This document shows, piece by piece, positions 19,118 through 28,327 of a stretch of 64,000 bases of DNA. Every line of letters begins with the position of its first letter. Position 1 is the stretch's first letter. The notes beneath the pieces are model-generated. The model had not been told where the DNA came from, made no database searches, and saw nothing but the letters and a program-made list of their open reading frames with translations. The translations under genes and the position numbers were made by a program. Origin of the DNA: Escherichia phage ES12; sequence record MN508614.1; one strand, written 5' to 3'.

Positions 19118-19329
19118 TACAAAAAGCCTCTTTGAAATTCGACTCTTTGAAATCCACCCCAGTCAGTATATCGCATTTCAGCATTGAACTCGACTGAACC
19201 ATCTGCATGCATCATGAATGAATGCGTGACGACATCACAATCCCAGCTTTTCATACCCCATTTATCAGAGATAGCTTTATCAAGAACCTTCTGAAGGTCT
19301 TCATTTGGTTTAATCCAACGATTTAACAT
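19117..19329 (-). CDS. hypothetical protein (70 aa)
   Basis: ORF track; early promoter upstream. Confidence 0.5.
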   Translation of the reverse strand: MLNRWIKPNEDLQKVLDKAISDKWGMKSWDCDVVTHSFMMHADGSVEFNAEMRYTDWGGFQRVEFQRGFL

Positions 19330-19355
19330 AGTGTTCTCCTCTATAAGATATTTTT

Positions 19356-19385
19356 ATTATACCACACTCATTTTGACATGTAAAC
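19356..19385 (-). promoter_or_regulatory. T4-type early promoter (GTTTACA, 18-nt gap, TATAAT)
   Basis: attata 19356-19361, gtaaac 19380-19385. Confidence 0.55.
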
Positions 19386-19398
19386 CATAAAATGAAAA

Positions 19399-19420
19399 AA
19401 GGAATCCCGAAGGATTCCTT
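19399..19420 (-). terminator. intrinsic terminator after soc (aaggaatcc-cgaa-ggattcctt)
   Basis: 9-bp stem, UUCG-type loop, A6 run on plus strand before hairpin (U-run in minus RNA). Confidence 0.65.
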
Positions 19421-19427
19421 AAATTAT

Positions 19428-19685
19428 TTAACCACCTACACCAGGTGTAGGTGTAACAGTCCAAAGACCTTCATTAGCAGTGATCCATTCAGTACGCTGA
19501 TTTTCTTCATATACTGTAGAATATGCTGCTTTTTCAGAAGGGAATGTCTGATAATGAGCACCAGAAATTTTGTGAACATCAGAATAAAGAGGGAAAGCTA
19601 CAGAAATTTCTTTACCCTGAATTGTACCACCATCAACTGCTTGGTCAAATGTTTTGATATTAACATAACCGCGAGTACTAGCCAT
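19428..19685 (-). CDS. soc: small outer capsid protein Soc (85 aa)
   Basis: MASTRGYVNIKTF...ISVAFPLYSDVHKISGAHYQTFPSEKAAYSTVYEENQRTEW recognised as Soc; late promoter upstream. Confidence 0.9.
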   Translation of the reverse strand: MASTRGYVNIKTFDQAVDGGTIQGKEISVAFPLYSDVHKISGAHYQTFPSEKAAYSTVYEENQRTEWITANEGLWTVTPTPGVGG

Positions 19686-19701
19686 GTAATTCTCCTTTTA
19701 T

Positions 19702-19911
19702 TTAAATTACATGATTATTTATAATAAATTCTCGCGGAACGTTAAAATACCCGATTTTAGTTAATATAACAACATCGCCGTTAATAATTACCGGAGAATA
19801 ATCTTCTGGAGCATTAAATTTCCAATGGGCTCTAATATTATATCCATCAGAACCAAATGCTCGCGTAGCTGGTCTCCCAGCTTTTTGCCATGCGTAGAAA
19901 TCAAATTTCAT
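19702..19911 (-). CDS. hypothetical protein (69 aa)
   Basis: ORF track. Confidence 0.45.
   Translation of the reverse strand: MKFDFYAWQKAGRPATRAFGSDGYNIRAHWKFNAPEDYSPVIINGDVVILTKIGYFNVPREFIINNHVI
19716..19723 (-). promoter_or_regulatory. T4 late promoter box TATAAATA for soc
   Basis: plus-strand tatttata ~30 nt upstream of soc ATG, AAGGAG RBS between; inside 3' end of upstream ORF. Confidence 0.6.
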
Positions 19912-20102
19912 TTTGAATGCTCTATAATTAATTTTAAAGCTTCTTCACTGACAAAAATTTCGTCAGGACCTTCTATAACTTCAACCATACGAAGTTGATT
20001 AGTTAAGAGCTCACATACGAGCTCCTTGTTATAATCTTTAAATAGCTGGTCAATACGTTTCTTGTGGGCTTTCTTAAGCTGGCGTTTATTTAAACGAGCC
20101 AT
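19908..20102 (-). CDS. hypothetical basic protein (64 aa)
   Basis: ORF track; overlaps stop/start with neighbours. Confidence 0.45.
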   Translation of the reverse strand: MARLNKRQLKKAHKKRIDQLFKDYNKELVCELLTNQLRMVEVIEGPDEIFVSEEALKLIIEHSK

Positions 20103-20620
20103 TAATAACCTCGGTCTTGACGAGCGAAGTTTTCAGCATTTTTCAGATAATAAAGTTTAAAGATTTCTTCAGCCGTAAGACCGAGGCCTTGGAACATGTT
20201 CAGAACGAAATGAAGAATATCAATCATTTCGAATTTAATTTCCAACTGGTCTTGTGGAGACAAATCAGTAATCAGAGTTTCACGTCGTTCACCATGTTGA
20301 GCTTTCCAAGGCTTCCATACAGCAGATGCATCTTTTTCACCATTGCTCATACCACCAAGAGAAGTCAATAGTTCGCGGAATTCATCATCAATATAATCTT
20401 TCTGATTACGCAGCCAATCAACAACTTCACCCGCAGTAGCCAAATCATCAGGATGACGGTTATATTCAGGTTTATCTTTAGCTAAACGAACCTGCAGAGA
20501 TTTCTGCATATCAAGCATAACTTGCAACGGGTCTTTTTCATCACCGAGAATATCCCAGTATTCATTTTGAGCTTTATCAGCGCCTTCAATCAGTTGTGAA
20601 CATTCATTAAAGTATGCCAT
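20102..20620 (-). CDS. 56: dCTP pyrophosphatase gp56 (172 aa from internal ATG)
   Basis: MazG-like all-helical NTP-PPase sequence; ORF 20102..20713 trimmed to MAYFNEC start downstream of middle promoter; T4 gp56 is 171 aa. Confidence 0.8.
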   Translation of the reverse strand: MAYFNECSQLIEGADKAQNEYWDILGDEKDPLQVMLDMQKSLQVRLAKDKPEYNRHPDDLATAGEVVDWLRNQKDYIDDEFRELLTSLGGMSNGEKDASAVWKPWKAQHGERRETLITDLSPQDQLEIKFEMIDILHFVLNMFQGLGLTAEEIFKLYYLKNAENFARQDRGY

Positions 20621-20653
20621 TATTTTTCCTTTCAATTCATGGGTTAGTAGATT

Positions 20654-20680
20654 AATTATACAATAAATATATAAAGCAAT
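20654..20680 (-). promoter_or_regulatory. MotA-dependent middle promoter for gene 56 (tatTGCTTTA, 11-nt gap, TATAAT)
   Basis: plus-strand attata ~20654-20659 and taaagcaata ~20671-20680; coordinates +/-1. Confidence 0.6.
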
Positions 20681-20691
20681 AAGGAGGACAT

Positions 20692-20892
20692 ATGGTACAA
20701 AAATTAATGGCACTTGTTAATGCCATCAAAGGTAATAAAAAGCGTATAGCTTTTACTATTTCTGCTATGGTAGGAATTTTACTCTGGAACTTTATTTTAT
20801 CACCTGTTGCAATTGCACATGGTATTAATATTCCAGTAGTTACTCTTGATACATTCGTAGATTTAGCATTTGCTTTGGTTGGGTTAATTTAA
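20692..20892 (+). CDS. small two-TM membrane protein (66 aa) on plus strand, convergent with gene 61
   Basis: ORF track; strong AAGGAGGA RBS; hydrophobic segments; occupies the T4 dam locus. Confidence 0.45.
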   Translation: MVQKLMALVNAIKGNKKRIAFTISAMVGILLWNFILSPVAIAHGINIPVVTLDTFVDLAFALVGLI

Positions 20893-21917
20893 ATCTTAGC
20901 ATATTTAGATAGCCGCATTTTAGCCATCAACCCTTGGGCAATATTATTTTTCATATATTCCATAATTTGTTTAGGGGTTGCACCTTCCTTTCTAATCATA
21001 TCATTAACATCTTTTGATTTCCAGGGAGATTTGTCCCAAAACATAACCCTTTCTCCTGCATCAACCAATTTAGTCATTCGTTTAATAGTGTCAGGGTGAC
21101 GAGGTTCATTATCTAAAACCCATACACGTCTATCTTTAAATGGAACAATTTCTAGGTCTAATTGACCACCCGTAATAGCTATACCATTTTCAATAAAAAG
21201 TGAATCTATAGGTCCTTCTAGAACATATACATCACCATCTTTAACTCGTTCGACTCCATAGATTTTTGTTGCCTCAGGATAAGCTTTAATGGTGATATAT
21301 TTTTGAGGAGCATTTTTCTTTAATGCACGTCCTTGAAAAGACTCAGCTTTTCCATTAGCATTATAAATTGGAATAACAAGACGAGGCTCAGATATTTCCT
21401 TTTTATATGTTCCCGGTGCTATGCTATTAACCAATTTAGGCCATTCGGTTGTAAACCAAAGATATTTCCATTTATCCTTTGGAATACAACGAGCTTTTAC
21501 ATATTTTATAATTGGATGGTCTTCCGCCAGTTTATCTAATCTAACACATGACGGAAGAGATTTAATTATTTTCTTCTCAGGTTGTTTAGGAAGTTCTTTA
21601 GGTTTTTCTACTGGACGACTTTTACCTTTTTCTTTTCTTATTTCAAAGATATACTCACGATATAAATCGGGTTCAAACTCCTTTAAATATATTCCGATTG
21701 GTGCATGATAGTTACAGTTATAACAATGAATATTTCCTTCATTATTATCACCATAATACCATCCACGGGCTTTATTCTGGTCGGTTTTTGAATCTCCACA
21801 CACTGGGCATCTAAACCGTAATTTAAAAGTTGAACTATTATTTACTTGTGTGAATTTAGGTAAATGAGCTAATGCACGATACGCAAACTCATTATCAATC
21901 CAAGGTATTGATGACAT
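20889..21917 (-). CDS. 61: DNA primase gp61 (342 aa)
   Basis: N-terminal zinc ribbon CPVCGDS...CYNCNYH, Toprim-like centre; 342 aa as T4 gp61. Confidence 0.9.
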   Translation of the reverse strand: MSSIPWIDNEFAYRALAHLPKFTQVNNSSTFKLRFRCPVCGDSKTDQNKARGWYYGDNNEGNIHCYNCNYHAPIGIYLKEFEPDLYREYIFEIRKEKGKSRPVEKPKELPKQPEKKIIKSLPSCVRLDKLAEDHPIIKYVKARCIPKDKWKYLWFTTEWPKLVNSIAPGTYKKEISEPRLVIPIYNANGKAESFQGRALKKNAPQKYITIKAYPEATKIYGVERVKDGDVYVLEGPIDSLFIENGIAITGGQLDLEIVPFKDRRVWVLDNEPRHPDTIKRMTKLVDAGERVMFWDKSPWKSKDVNDMIRKEGATPKQIMEYMKNNIAQGLMAKMRLSKYAKI

Positions 21918-22085
21918 TTTTACTCTTCTTTTTCTTTAGATTCCTCTTTTTTCTTTTTAGAAATCTGTTCAGGGCCTTTATTTACTACAGCGCCTGACGC
22001 TGTTCCAGTAGAGATATTTTCAGGATTACCACCTGAATCTCCAGCAACCATATCTTCTTTGATAAATTCTTTATATGTTTTCATA

Positions 22086-22442
22086 TTAACCTCTATTCAT
22101 AAAAGCATTAAAAATTTGGTCATCAATAGATGGAATAGCAACTTTTTCTGCATCATTTAGCAAATCATTAATTTCATCAGATAGCATAACACATGTACCT
22201 TTATTTCCTGTAATTGTTACTGCGCAATTACGAACGTTTTCTTTATTAAATTTTAGGTTAATATTTTCGTAATGAAAATCCTTTAATGCTGAATATATTT
22301 TTAAAATAAAATTGTCTTTTACTACAATAAACCCAACCTCACTATTAAAACGTGGTTCATGGAAACTGTAATAAACCTTTTCATCTATAAAATCGTATGA
22401 AATTTTTTCCATTTTTAAATATGAAAATTCAGAACTATACAT
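22086..22442 (-). CDS. hypothetical protein (118 aa), 61.2 position
   Basis: ORF track. Confidence 0.5.
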   Translation of the reverse strand: MYSSEFSYLKMEKISYDFIDEKVYYSFHEPRFNSEVGFIVVKDNFILKIYSALKDFHYENINLKFNKENVRNCAVTITGNKGTCVMLSDEINDLLNDAEKVAIPSIDDQIFNAFMNRG

Positions 22443-22454
22443 ATTAACCTCTAA

Positions 22455-22748
22455 TTACTCACCTACCACTTCAGCGATGATATTTTTATTATTAAAGTTT
22501 TTATCGCAATACAGAACATAATTATACTGCATTACACCACCAGACTTAAGCTGTTTTTGCACTTCAGCTTTCATTTCAGGGCGATCGCGCTCAACGATAT
22601 TCATAATATCTGCTTCAATTTGAGTTTCAACCTCGGTTTGATCAGCAGTCATAGACCATTCGCACAAATCTTTATCATAACCTGCCATAGCAGGCTGAGC
22701 AGCACAAGAAGCTAAAGCAAAAATTGTGGCAAAGATAAATTTTTTCAT
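22455..22748 (-). CDS. sp: spackle Sp periplasmic protein (97 aa)
   Basis: Signal peptide MKKFIFATIFALASCAAQPAMA; 97 aa as T4 Sp; position between 61 and 41. Confidence 0.7.
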   Translation of the reverse strand: MKKFIFATIFALASCAAQPAMAGYDKDLCEWSMTADQTEVETQIEADIMNIVERDRPEMKAEVQKQLKSGGVMQYNYVLYCDKNFNNKNIIAEVVGE

Positions 22749-22776
22749 GATAATCTCCTCGGTAGTTTATGTTTAT

Positions 22777-22806
22777 ATAGTATCTCAATTTCCAACAAAA
22801 GTAAAT
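22777..22806 (-). promoter_or_regulatory. early-type promoter (ATTTAC -35, TACTAT -10)
   Basis: atagta 22777-22782, gtaaat 22801-22806, 18-nt gap; upstream of sp. Confidence 0.45.
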
Positions 22807-22808
22807 AG

Positions 22809-23108
22809 TTATTTTAAAACTTCTGCGTAATCACATGTTACAAACTGTTTCTCTAGCTTGACGATTTTACGAAAGTATCTTTTGCATTGGCGAATCTGCC
22901 TCTTCGTAGGACGTACAGCAAACTTAATAAATTCCACTCGACCAAATGGAGGACTTTCTTCTGCTGGAATATCTAACACCAATTCCCATGTATCTGCAAT
23001 AAGTGCTTTGAATTGCGTATTTTTCCTGACGTTATACGGAGTAGGTTTAAATAAAACAATATGCATATTATCCTCGGCAATCCACTTCACATACTTTCTT
23101 GTCATCAA
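22809..23108 (-). CDS. hypothetical basic protein (99 aa), 61.4 position
   Basis: ORF track. Confidence 0.5.
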   Translation of the reverse strand: MMTRKYVKWIAEDNMHIVLFKPTPYNVRKNTQFKALIADTWELVLDIPAEESPPFGRVEFIKFAVRPTKRQIRQCKRYFRKIVKLEKQFVTCDYAEVLK

Positions 23109-23250
23109 TGAAAGCTTTAACTAGTGCTTTATTAACTTCAGCATATTGAGTAGTAGCCCATTGAACGTCATCTTTCATCATTGTGATCTCTTTAGTAAAC
23201 ATGCTTTCATTCTTAAACCACCCCATAAAAACTACCTTTACCAATTCCAT
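23068..23250 (-). CDS. dmd: Dmd-position protein (60 aa; T4 dmd/61.5 antitoxin)
   Basis: 60 aa, immediately downstream of gene 41 as T4 dmd; sequence not independently verified. Confidence 0.55.
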   Translation of the reverse strand: MELVKVVFMGWFKNESMFTKEITMMKDDVQWATTQYAEVNKALVKAFIDDKKVCEVDCRG

Positions 23251-23279
23251 AACAATCTCCTCATTTAACCAACAAGACT

Positions 23280-23309
23280 ACTATACCATAGTCTTGTCAG
23301 CTTGTAAAC
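23280..23309 (-). promoter_or_regulatory. T4-type early promoter (GTTTACA, TATAGT)
   Basis: actata 23280-23285, gtaaac 23304-23309; overlaps gene 41 stop. Confidence 0.5.
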
Positions 23310-24736
23310 TAAAATTTTAATTCATTTGCCAAAGCATCTAACTGAGCTCGAGTCGATTCGTTTCTTTGATAGCGATTCTGCTCAGCTTGTATCTGTTGTG
23401 AACCTGCTACCTCACTCACTTCAGTTGGAGTAGAATCTTGTTCAATTTCTACCCATTTCTGATTTCCTTTTTGAACACCCATCAAAAACTTATTCCATTT
23501 GTTCTTATCGCCATATCGTGATTTGATTTGCTTAATGAGTTGCTGTTCAGCAGCTGCTAACTCCTCGGTTTCAATGACCGCAAGCATAAAATCGGCTGTT
23601 GCTGGAAGACCGGCAGATTCTGCGATATCACTCATGTTAACATCAGAAGAATCCCAAGCTTGTTTACCAACCTGTGCTGCGGTCCAAAGAACAGTTTCGG
23701 TTTCAACAGCCAGAGCACGCAATTCCTCTGCGATAGCTTTAACAGTTGTGTAACTATTTTCTGAATAAACTCTAATGCGGCAAGATTTACAAATACCCAG
23801 ATAGTCAACAATAATGATTGTTGGAACAAAATTCTTCTTGAGCTTTAATTCATTTAAAAGTGATCGAAATGTATTAGCGTCTGCTCCACCAGTAGGATAC
23901 TGTTTAACGATTAAACGACCAAGAGTAGATTTCTCACGCCATTTTTCCATTTTTCCTTTATACTCAGCGTAAGAAATATGCCCATCATCAATGTCATCAA
24001 GAGAAACATCAAGCATATTAGCATCAATACGCTTAGCACAGACTTCTTCTGCCATTTCCATGGAAATGTAAAGAACATTATGTCCGAGCTGCAAATAATC
24101 TGCTGCCAATGAACACAGACCTAATGACTTACCAACGTTAACGCCAGCCATTAAAACGTTCAGTGTTCCTGTCTCAGCTCCGCCTTTAGTAATTTTGTTT
24201 AGAATTCTGAGTTTAAATGGAACTTTACGAGCTTTATTCATATAAGATAGCCAGCGTGCTTCGTAGTCATCCATCCAATCATGACCAACGTAGCTATCAA
24301 ATGAAATTGATAATGCTTGACGCATGATATCAGGAATAGCACCTACATCTGGCATTTTCTTATTTCGTTTTTCCGGAGGAAGTTCAGCATTAGTTTGGAT
24401 TTCAATTATTTTAGACGTAGCATTAAACATCGCCCTTTGCTGAACATATTTTTCTGTTTCTTTTACTAACCAACTGTGGTCTTCCGGAGAATCAGCCAGT
24501 TTTGAAATAAGTGTTTTTACACCAGAATATTCTGTTTCAGTAAATGAACTATTTTCTAATGCAACATTTAACGCATTAATAGATGGAACGCTATGATACT
24601 CATTAACATGAGATTTAATTAATTTGAATGTATTTTTAGCTGGACCACTTTCAAAATATTCTGAATCCATATATGGCCAAACTTTTGAAAAATAAGCTTG
24701 ATCAAATATAAGATGAGAAAGAATAATTTCTACCAC
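23309..24736 (-). CDS. 41: replicative DNA helicase gp41 (475 aa, DnaB-like)
   Basis: Walker A GVNVGKS, RecA-like core; 475 aa as T4 gp41. Confidence 0.9.
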   Translation of the reverse strand: MVEIILSHLIFDQAYFSKVWPYMDSEYFESGPAKNTFKLIKSHVNEYHSVPSINALNVALENSSFTETEYSGVKTLISKLADSPEDHSWLVKETEKYVQQRAMFNATSKIIEIQTNAELPPEKRNKKMPDVGAIPDIMRQALSISFDSYVGHDWMDDYEARWLSYMNKARKVPFKLRILNKITKGGAETGTLNVLMAGVNVGKSLGLCSLAADYLQLGHNVLYISMEMAEEVCAKRIDANMLDVSLDDIDDGHISYAEYKGKMEKWREKSTLGRLIVKQYPTGGADANTFRSLLNELKLKKNFVPTIIIVDYLGICKSCRIRVYSENSYTTVKAIAEELRALAVETETVLWTAAQVGKQAWDSSDVNMSDIAESAGLPATADFMLAVIETEELAAAEQQLIKQIKSRYGDKNKWNKFLMGVQKGNQKWVEIEQDSTPTEVSEVAGSQQIQAEQNRYQRNESTRAQLDALANELKF

Positions 24737-24745
24737 ACTTACTCC

Positions 24746-25102
24746 TTAAAAGAATTTAAACTTTTTCTTTGACCTTTTATTAAATGCATCTTGTAGTTGC
24801 ATTGTAATACATTTTTCTACATGAGGAGCTAACTCAGCTTTTCTTTCTTGGTCAAGAACAGCAAAGTCCATTACGACTTTTCCATCAACCCAATCTAATT
24901 TTGTCACATACACAATGTGTGTAGAACCATCTTCTAGTTTAATGACAATCTCCTGGATAACATTTTCCATAGCGGATTTAATTATCTTAAGAGACTTATT
25001 AAAAAGACGTTCTTTTCTTTCTTCTTCCCCCTCCGAAGAGGGGGATTCATCGATAATTTCTAAATCTAAATCATCTTTACTCATTAAATTCTTCCATATC
25101 AC
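24746..25102 (-). CDS. 40: gp40-position protein (118 aa)
   Basis: Size and position between uvsX and 41 match T4 gene 40. Confidence 0.5.
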   Translation of the reverse strand: MIWKNLMSKDDLDLEIIDESPSSEGEEERKERLFNKSLKIIKSAMENVIQEIVIKLEDGSTHIVYVTKLDWVDGKVVMDFAVLDQERKAELAPHVEKCITMQLQDAFNKRSKKKFKFF

Positions 25103-26258
25103 TTAACTGCTCGAGGTCAGTTTCTAAATCAGCTGCTGATTTACTTTTACTTTCTGGAGATTTAAATTTTTCAACCTTTGAGTTAATCAATTCATCAACT
25201 TCAGCTTCAACAATTTCATTACTATCAATAGCACCTAACTGATAAGCACGTTTAATAGCATCTCGGAATGGTTGATGCTTAAATAAAGGACCCCAGAATG
25301 TAGTGCAGTTGGTATCTTTTGCACGCCAAGATTTTTCTTCGCGAATCATCTCGCCGGTTTCTTCATCAAGAAATTCACGAGCATACCAACCATTTTTAGG
25401 TTTTACTACAAATCCTAATTCTAGAGCCATATCTAACAATCCAGAATAAGGATCAATACCACCGTCAAATTTAACATCAATAAAGAATTTACTTTTTTCT
25501 TTAACGGTACGAGATTTTTCTACATTTAGAACAAATTGATACCCCTGAAGATCAGAACCATCTTTAATCTGACGCTTACCGATAATGAATACAGTATCAG
25601 CCGAATACATTACGCCTGTACCACCTGTCATCACGGTTTTACTAAACATTTCAATTGTTTCAATTGTATGGTTAACCGCAACACATGGAATATTTTTAAT
25701 GCTAAAGTAAGGAGTAACAATACGGAATAATGACTTCAGTGATTTAGCACGAGTCATATCTGCCACAGATTTTTCATTCAAGGCATCTTCCGTTTCTTTC
25801 TTAGAAGCCATATTACCGATTGAGTCGATGAATACAATAACTTTTTCACCACGCTCAATAGCTTCAAGCTGATTCACCATATCAATTTTCAGCTGTTCAA
25901 CTGACTGGATTGGCGTATGAATTACTCGTTCCGGGTCAACTCCCATGGATCGCAAATAAGCTGGAGTAATACCAAATTCACTATCATAGAATAGACAAAC
26001 CGCGTCAGGATATTTGTTCAAATATGCCGCAACCATAGTCAAAGACATATTTGATTTAAAGTGTTTAGAAGGCCCTGCGAAAATAGTTAAACCAGACTGC
26101 ATACCGCCATCAATCGCACCAGAAATAGCAATATTCAGCATTGGAATTTTTGTACGGATTACATCCTTTTCATTAAAGAATTTAGATGTAGTCAGTTCAG
26201 CAGTCATTTTAGAAGTGGAAGCTTTAATCAAACGGGATTTTAAATCTGCAATAGACAT
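25077..26258 (-). CDS. uvsX: UvsX recombinase (393 aa, RecA-like)
   Basis: RecA fold motifs (GPSKHFKS P-loop); size as T4 UvsX. Confidence 0.9.
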   Translation of the reverse strand: MSIADLKSRLIKASTSKMTAELTTSKFFNEKDVIRTKIPMLNIAISGAIDGGMQSGLTIFAGPSKHFKSNMSLTMVAAYLNKYPDAVCLFYDSEFGITPAYLRSMGVDPERVIHTPIQSVEQLKIDMVNQLEAIERGEKVIVFIDSIGNMASKKETEDALNEKSVADMTRAKSLKSLFRIVTPYFSIKNIPCVAVNHTIETIEMFSKTVMTGGTGVMYSADTVFIIGKRQIKDGSDLQGYQFVLNVEKSRTVKEKSKFFIDVKFDGGIDPYSGLLDMALELGFVVKPKNGWYAREFLDEETGEMIREEKSWRAKDTNCTTFWGPLFKHQPFRDAIKRAYQLGAIDSNEIVEAEVDELINSKVEKFKSPESKSKSAADLETDLEQLSDMEEFNE

Positions 26259-26335
26259 TCATTTTTTCCATAGGCATCATTATATTTTCCTCACTGGTTA
26301 AAGATAGAGTAATTATAACACAATAAATTTAGGCA

Positions 26336-27184
26336 TTAATCAACTGCTATTGGATGAATAGCATTAAACTTATGAAATGCTTCTGATTTTTCTTTACGTG
26401 AAACGCACATGCGAAGAACCTTTAATGGCTCGTCTTCTTCACCCAACGATTTTCGTTTTTCAATATTCGACGTTTTCCAACGAGCTTGCTCTGGAAACTC
26501 TCTATTGATTTGCTCAAGCGCTCTATTATGTTTAGAATTACTACGAATTGAACTACACCCACCAGGAGCTTGCGCTTTTCCAGATACAACCAGATATTTG
26601 AACAAGGCCAAATGCGGATAACCTTGATTAATTAAATTGAGAAATGCATACATATCTTCGCACAAATCAATTTTTCCATACCCAATTTGTTCTGTCGTAA
26701 GTTTTCCGAGGTCATACCATGTATTCGTGAATCCATATGAATTTTCACGATAATTACCCCAAGATGAAGTAATTTTAAAAATTGGTAGACGAGCATGGCC
26801 ATGATAATACCCGCAATCCATGGCATCCTCAACATATTGAATCAATTCATAGAACTGTTCACGAGTCAATTGATTGACTTTATCTACACAACGACGGTCA
26901 TCTCTTTTTCGCATTGAACTCATACGAATAGTAGTATCATCGTCAATCATCCAGATTCGTTGACCTGCATACATATCAGTAATTGCTTTACGAGTACCGG
27001 CAATTCCGTTTACATCATCAGGAATAGTTATAATTTTAGCTCTAGACCCATAGGCATCATAATAAGCTTTTTCTTCATGTTCACGCACTATAATATGCGG
27101 TTCATAATCAGTCGGAAACATATCAAGGGCAGAAACTGCCCCTACACGCTGATAACTTGGAATTACGAATTGAATCATTTCCAC
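26336..27184 (-). CDS. putative hmC-DNA glycosyltransferase at beta-gt locus (282 aa)
   Basis: Position between uvsX and 42; size differs from T4 beta-gt (351 aa); identity by synteny only. Confidence 0.4.
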   Translation of the reverse strand: MEMIQFVIPSYQRVGAVSALDMFPTDYEPHIIVREHEEKAYYDAYGSRAKIITIPDDVNGIAGTRKAITDMYAGQRIWMIDDDTTIRMSSMRKRDDRRCVDKVNQLTREQFYELIQYVEDAMDCGYYHGHARLPIFKITSSWGNYRENSYGFTNTWYDLGKLTTEQIGYGKIDLCEDMYAFLNLINQGYPHLALFKYLVVSGKAQAPGGCSSIRSNSKHNRALEQINREFPEQARWKTSNIEKRKSLGEEDEPLKVLRMCVSRKEKSEAFHKFNAIHPIAVD

Positions 27185-27915
27185 TCACCATTATAATCTT
27201 TTTTCACAATATGAGTTTCGCCAGTATTCCACCAATGATCAACCAAGTAAAAATGACGAGAATATACATGAAGACTTCCAACATTCCATATAATAGAACC
27301 TGCTTTATATTGACGAGTTGAATCGCCTGCATTCAAATCAGATACTAATTTATCTAATACGTATTTTTGCCATGCATAATCATTACGGAATCCGAAGACC
27401 ACATCATTTGAGCGCATGTTAACAACCGCATTGATTTTCTTGTCACGAATCAGGTATTGTACTGTATTTGTACACATGAAATCTGACATGCCATCTTTAT
27501 TGTAGTCAAACTGCATAGATGGACGAGTATAAATCATGATACCACGTCGAGAATCAGGATTTTGACCAAGTTCAGCTAAACACATGTCATATTGAGCATA
27601 GTTATCTTCTGACCAGATAGCCCAACCATAATTCGAGTTAATTTCACCTTTAGAAGATGCTACTTGTTGCCAAATCTTCGGTGTTTCACCCGGAATATCT
27701 TTAACGAACAAGCTTTTAGATTTATACCATTCAAGTTCACGCTGAATGTATTCATCATTAAGAGCGCCAAAAATAAACGGTTCATCTGCTACAAATGATG
27801 CGCCAATAATTTCAATAGTTTTAACACCAGTTTTATCAACTACGAAATCTTTTTCTTTTAATGCAAGCCCCAAATGAAGACGGATTTCTTCAACTGTCAT
27901 AGAGTCACTAATCAT
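27175..27915 (-). CDS. 42: dCMP hydroxymethylase gp42 (246 aa)
   Basis: Thymidylate-synthase-like fold; 246 aa as T4 gp42. Confidence 0.9.
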   Translation of the reverse strand: MISDSMTVEEIRLHLGLALKEKDFVVDKTGVKTIEIIGASFVADEPFIFGALNDEYIQRELEWYKSKSLFVKDIPGETPKIWQQVASSKGEINSNYGWAIWSEDNYAQYDMCLAELGQNPDSRRGIMIYTRPSMQFDYNKDGMSDFMCTNTVQYLIRDKKINAVVNMRSNDVVFGFRNDYAWQKYVLDKLVSDLNAGDSTRQYKAGSIIWNVGSLHVYSRHFYLVDHWWNTGETHIVKKDYNGEWK

Positions 27916-27922
27916 TTAAACC

Positions 27923-28072
27923 TCAATTGATACATTCATATTTAACTTGTAACAGTAATAAACCCCAACCTAAAATAATAGTTGGAATCATAAGAGGAAC
28001 CGTTACACTATAGTATATACTTATTATAATCATCAAGATTAAAAGCAACACTGTTATAATTTTGCTTTTCAT
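27923..28072 (-). CDS. small hydrophobic peptide (~49 aa) coupled to imm
   Basis: Hand translation MKSKIITVLLLILMIIISIYYSVTVPLMIP...; ATG overlaps imm stop (ATGA). Confidence 0.3.
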   Translation of the reverse strand: MKSKIITVLLLILMIIISIYYSVTVPLMIPTIILGWGLLLLQVKYECIN

Positions 28073-28320
28073 TCCTTCTCTCTGATGATAATTACCTGAT
28101 TTGGCTGCGCAAACTTTTTAGTTTCACCTGCAATTGACCAAATAAATGTAATAAACCAACCAATAATTGACCAGTTAAACAGTAAAGACGTGAAAAAGAT
28201 TCCTACTGTCGATTTTGACCCACGCATCAAGGCGATAAACCATGGAAGCATGTATATAATAATAGCCAACACGCCTGAAACTAAAACCATAAAAATTGAA
28301 CCTGCTACTAAAGTTTCCAT
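28069..28320 (-). CDS. imm: immunity (superinfection exclusion) membrane protein Imm (83 aa)
   Basis: 83 aa two-TM protein adjacent to 42/43 as T4 imm. Confidence 0.75.
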   Translation of the reverse strand: METLVAGSIFMVLVSGVLAIIIYMLPWFIALMRGSKSTVGIFFTSLLFNWSIIGWFITFIWSIAGETKKFAQPNQVIIIREKE

Positions 28321-28327
28321 GTTTTCC

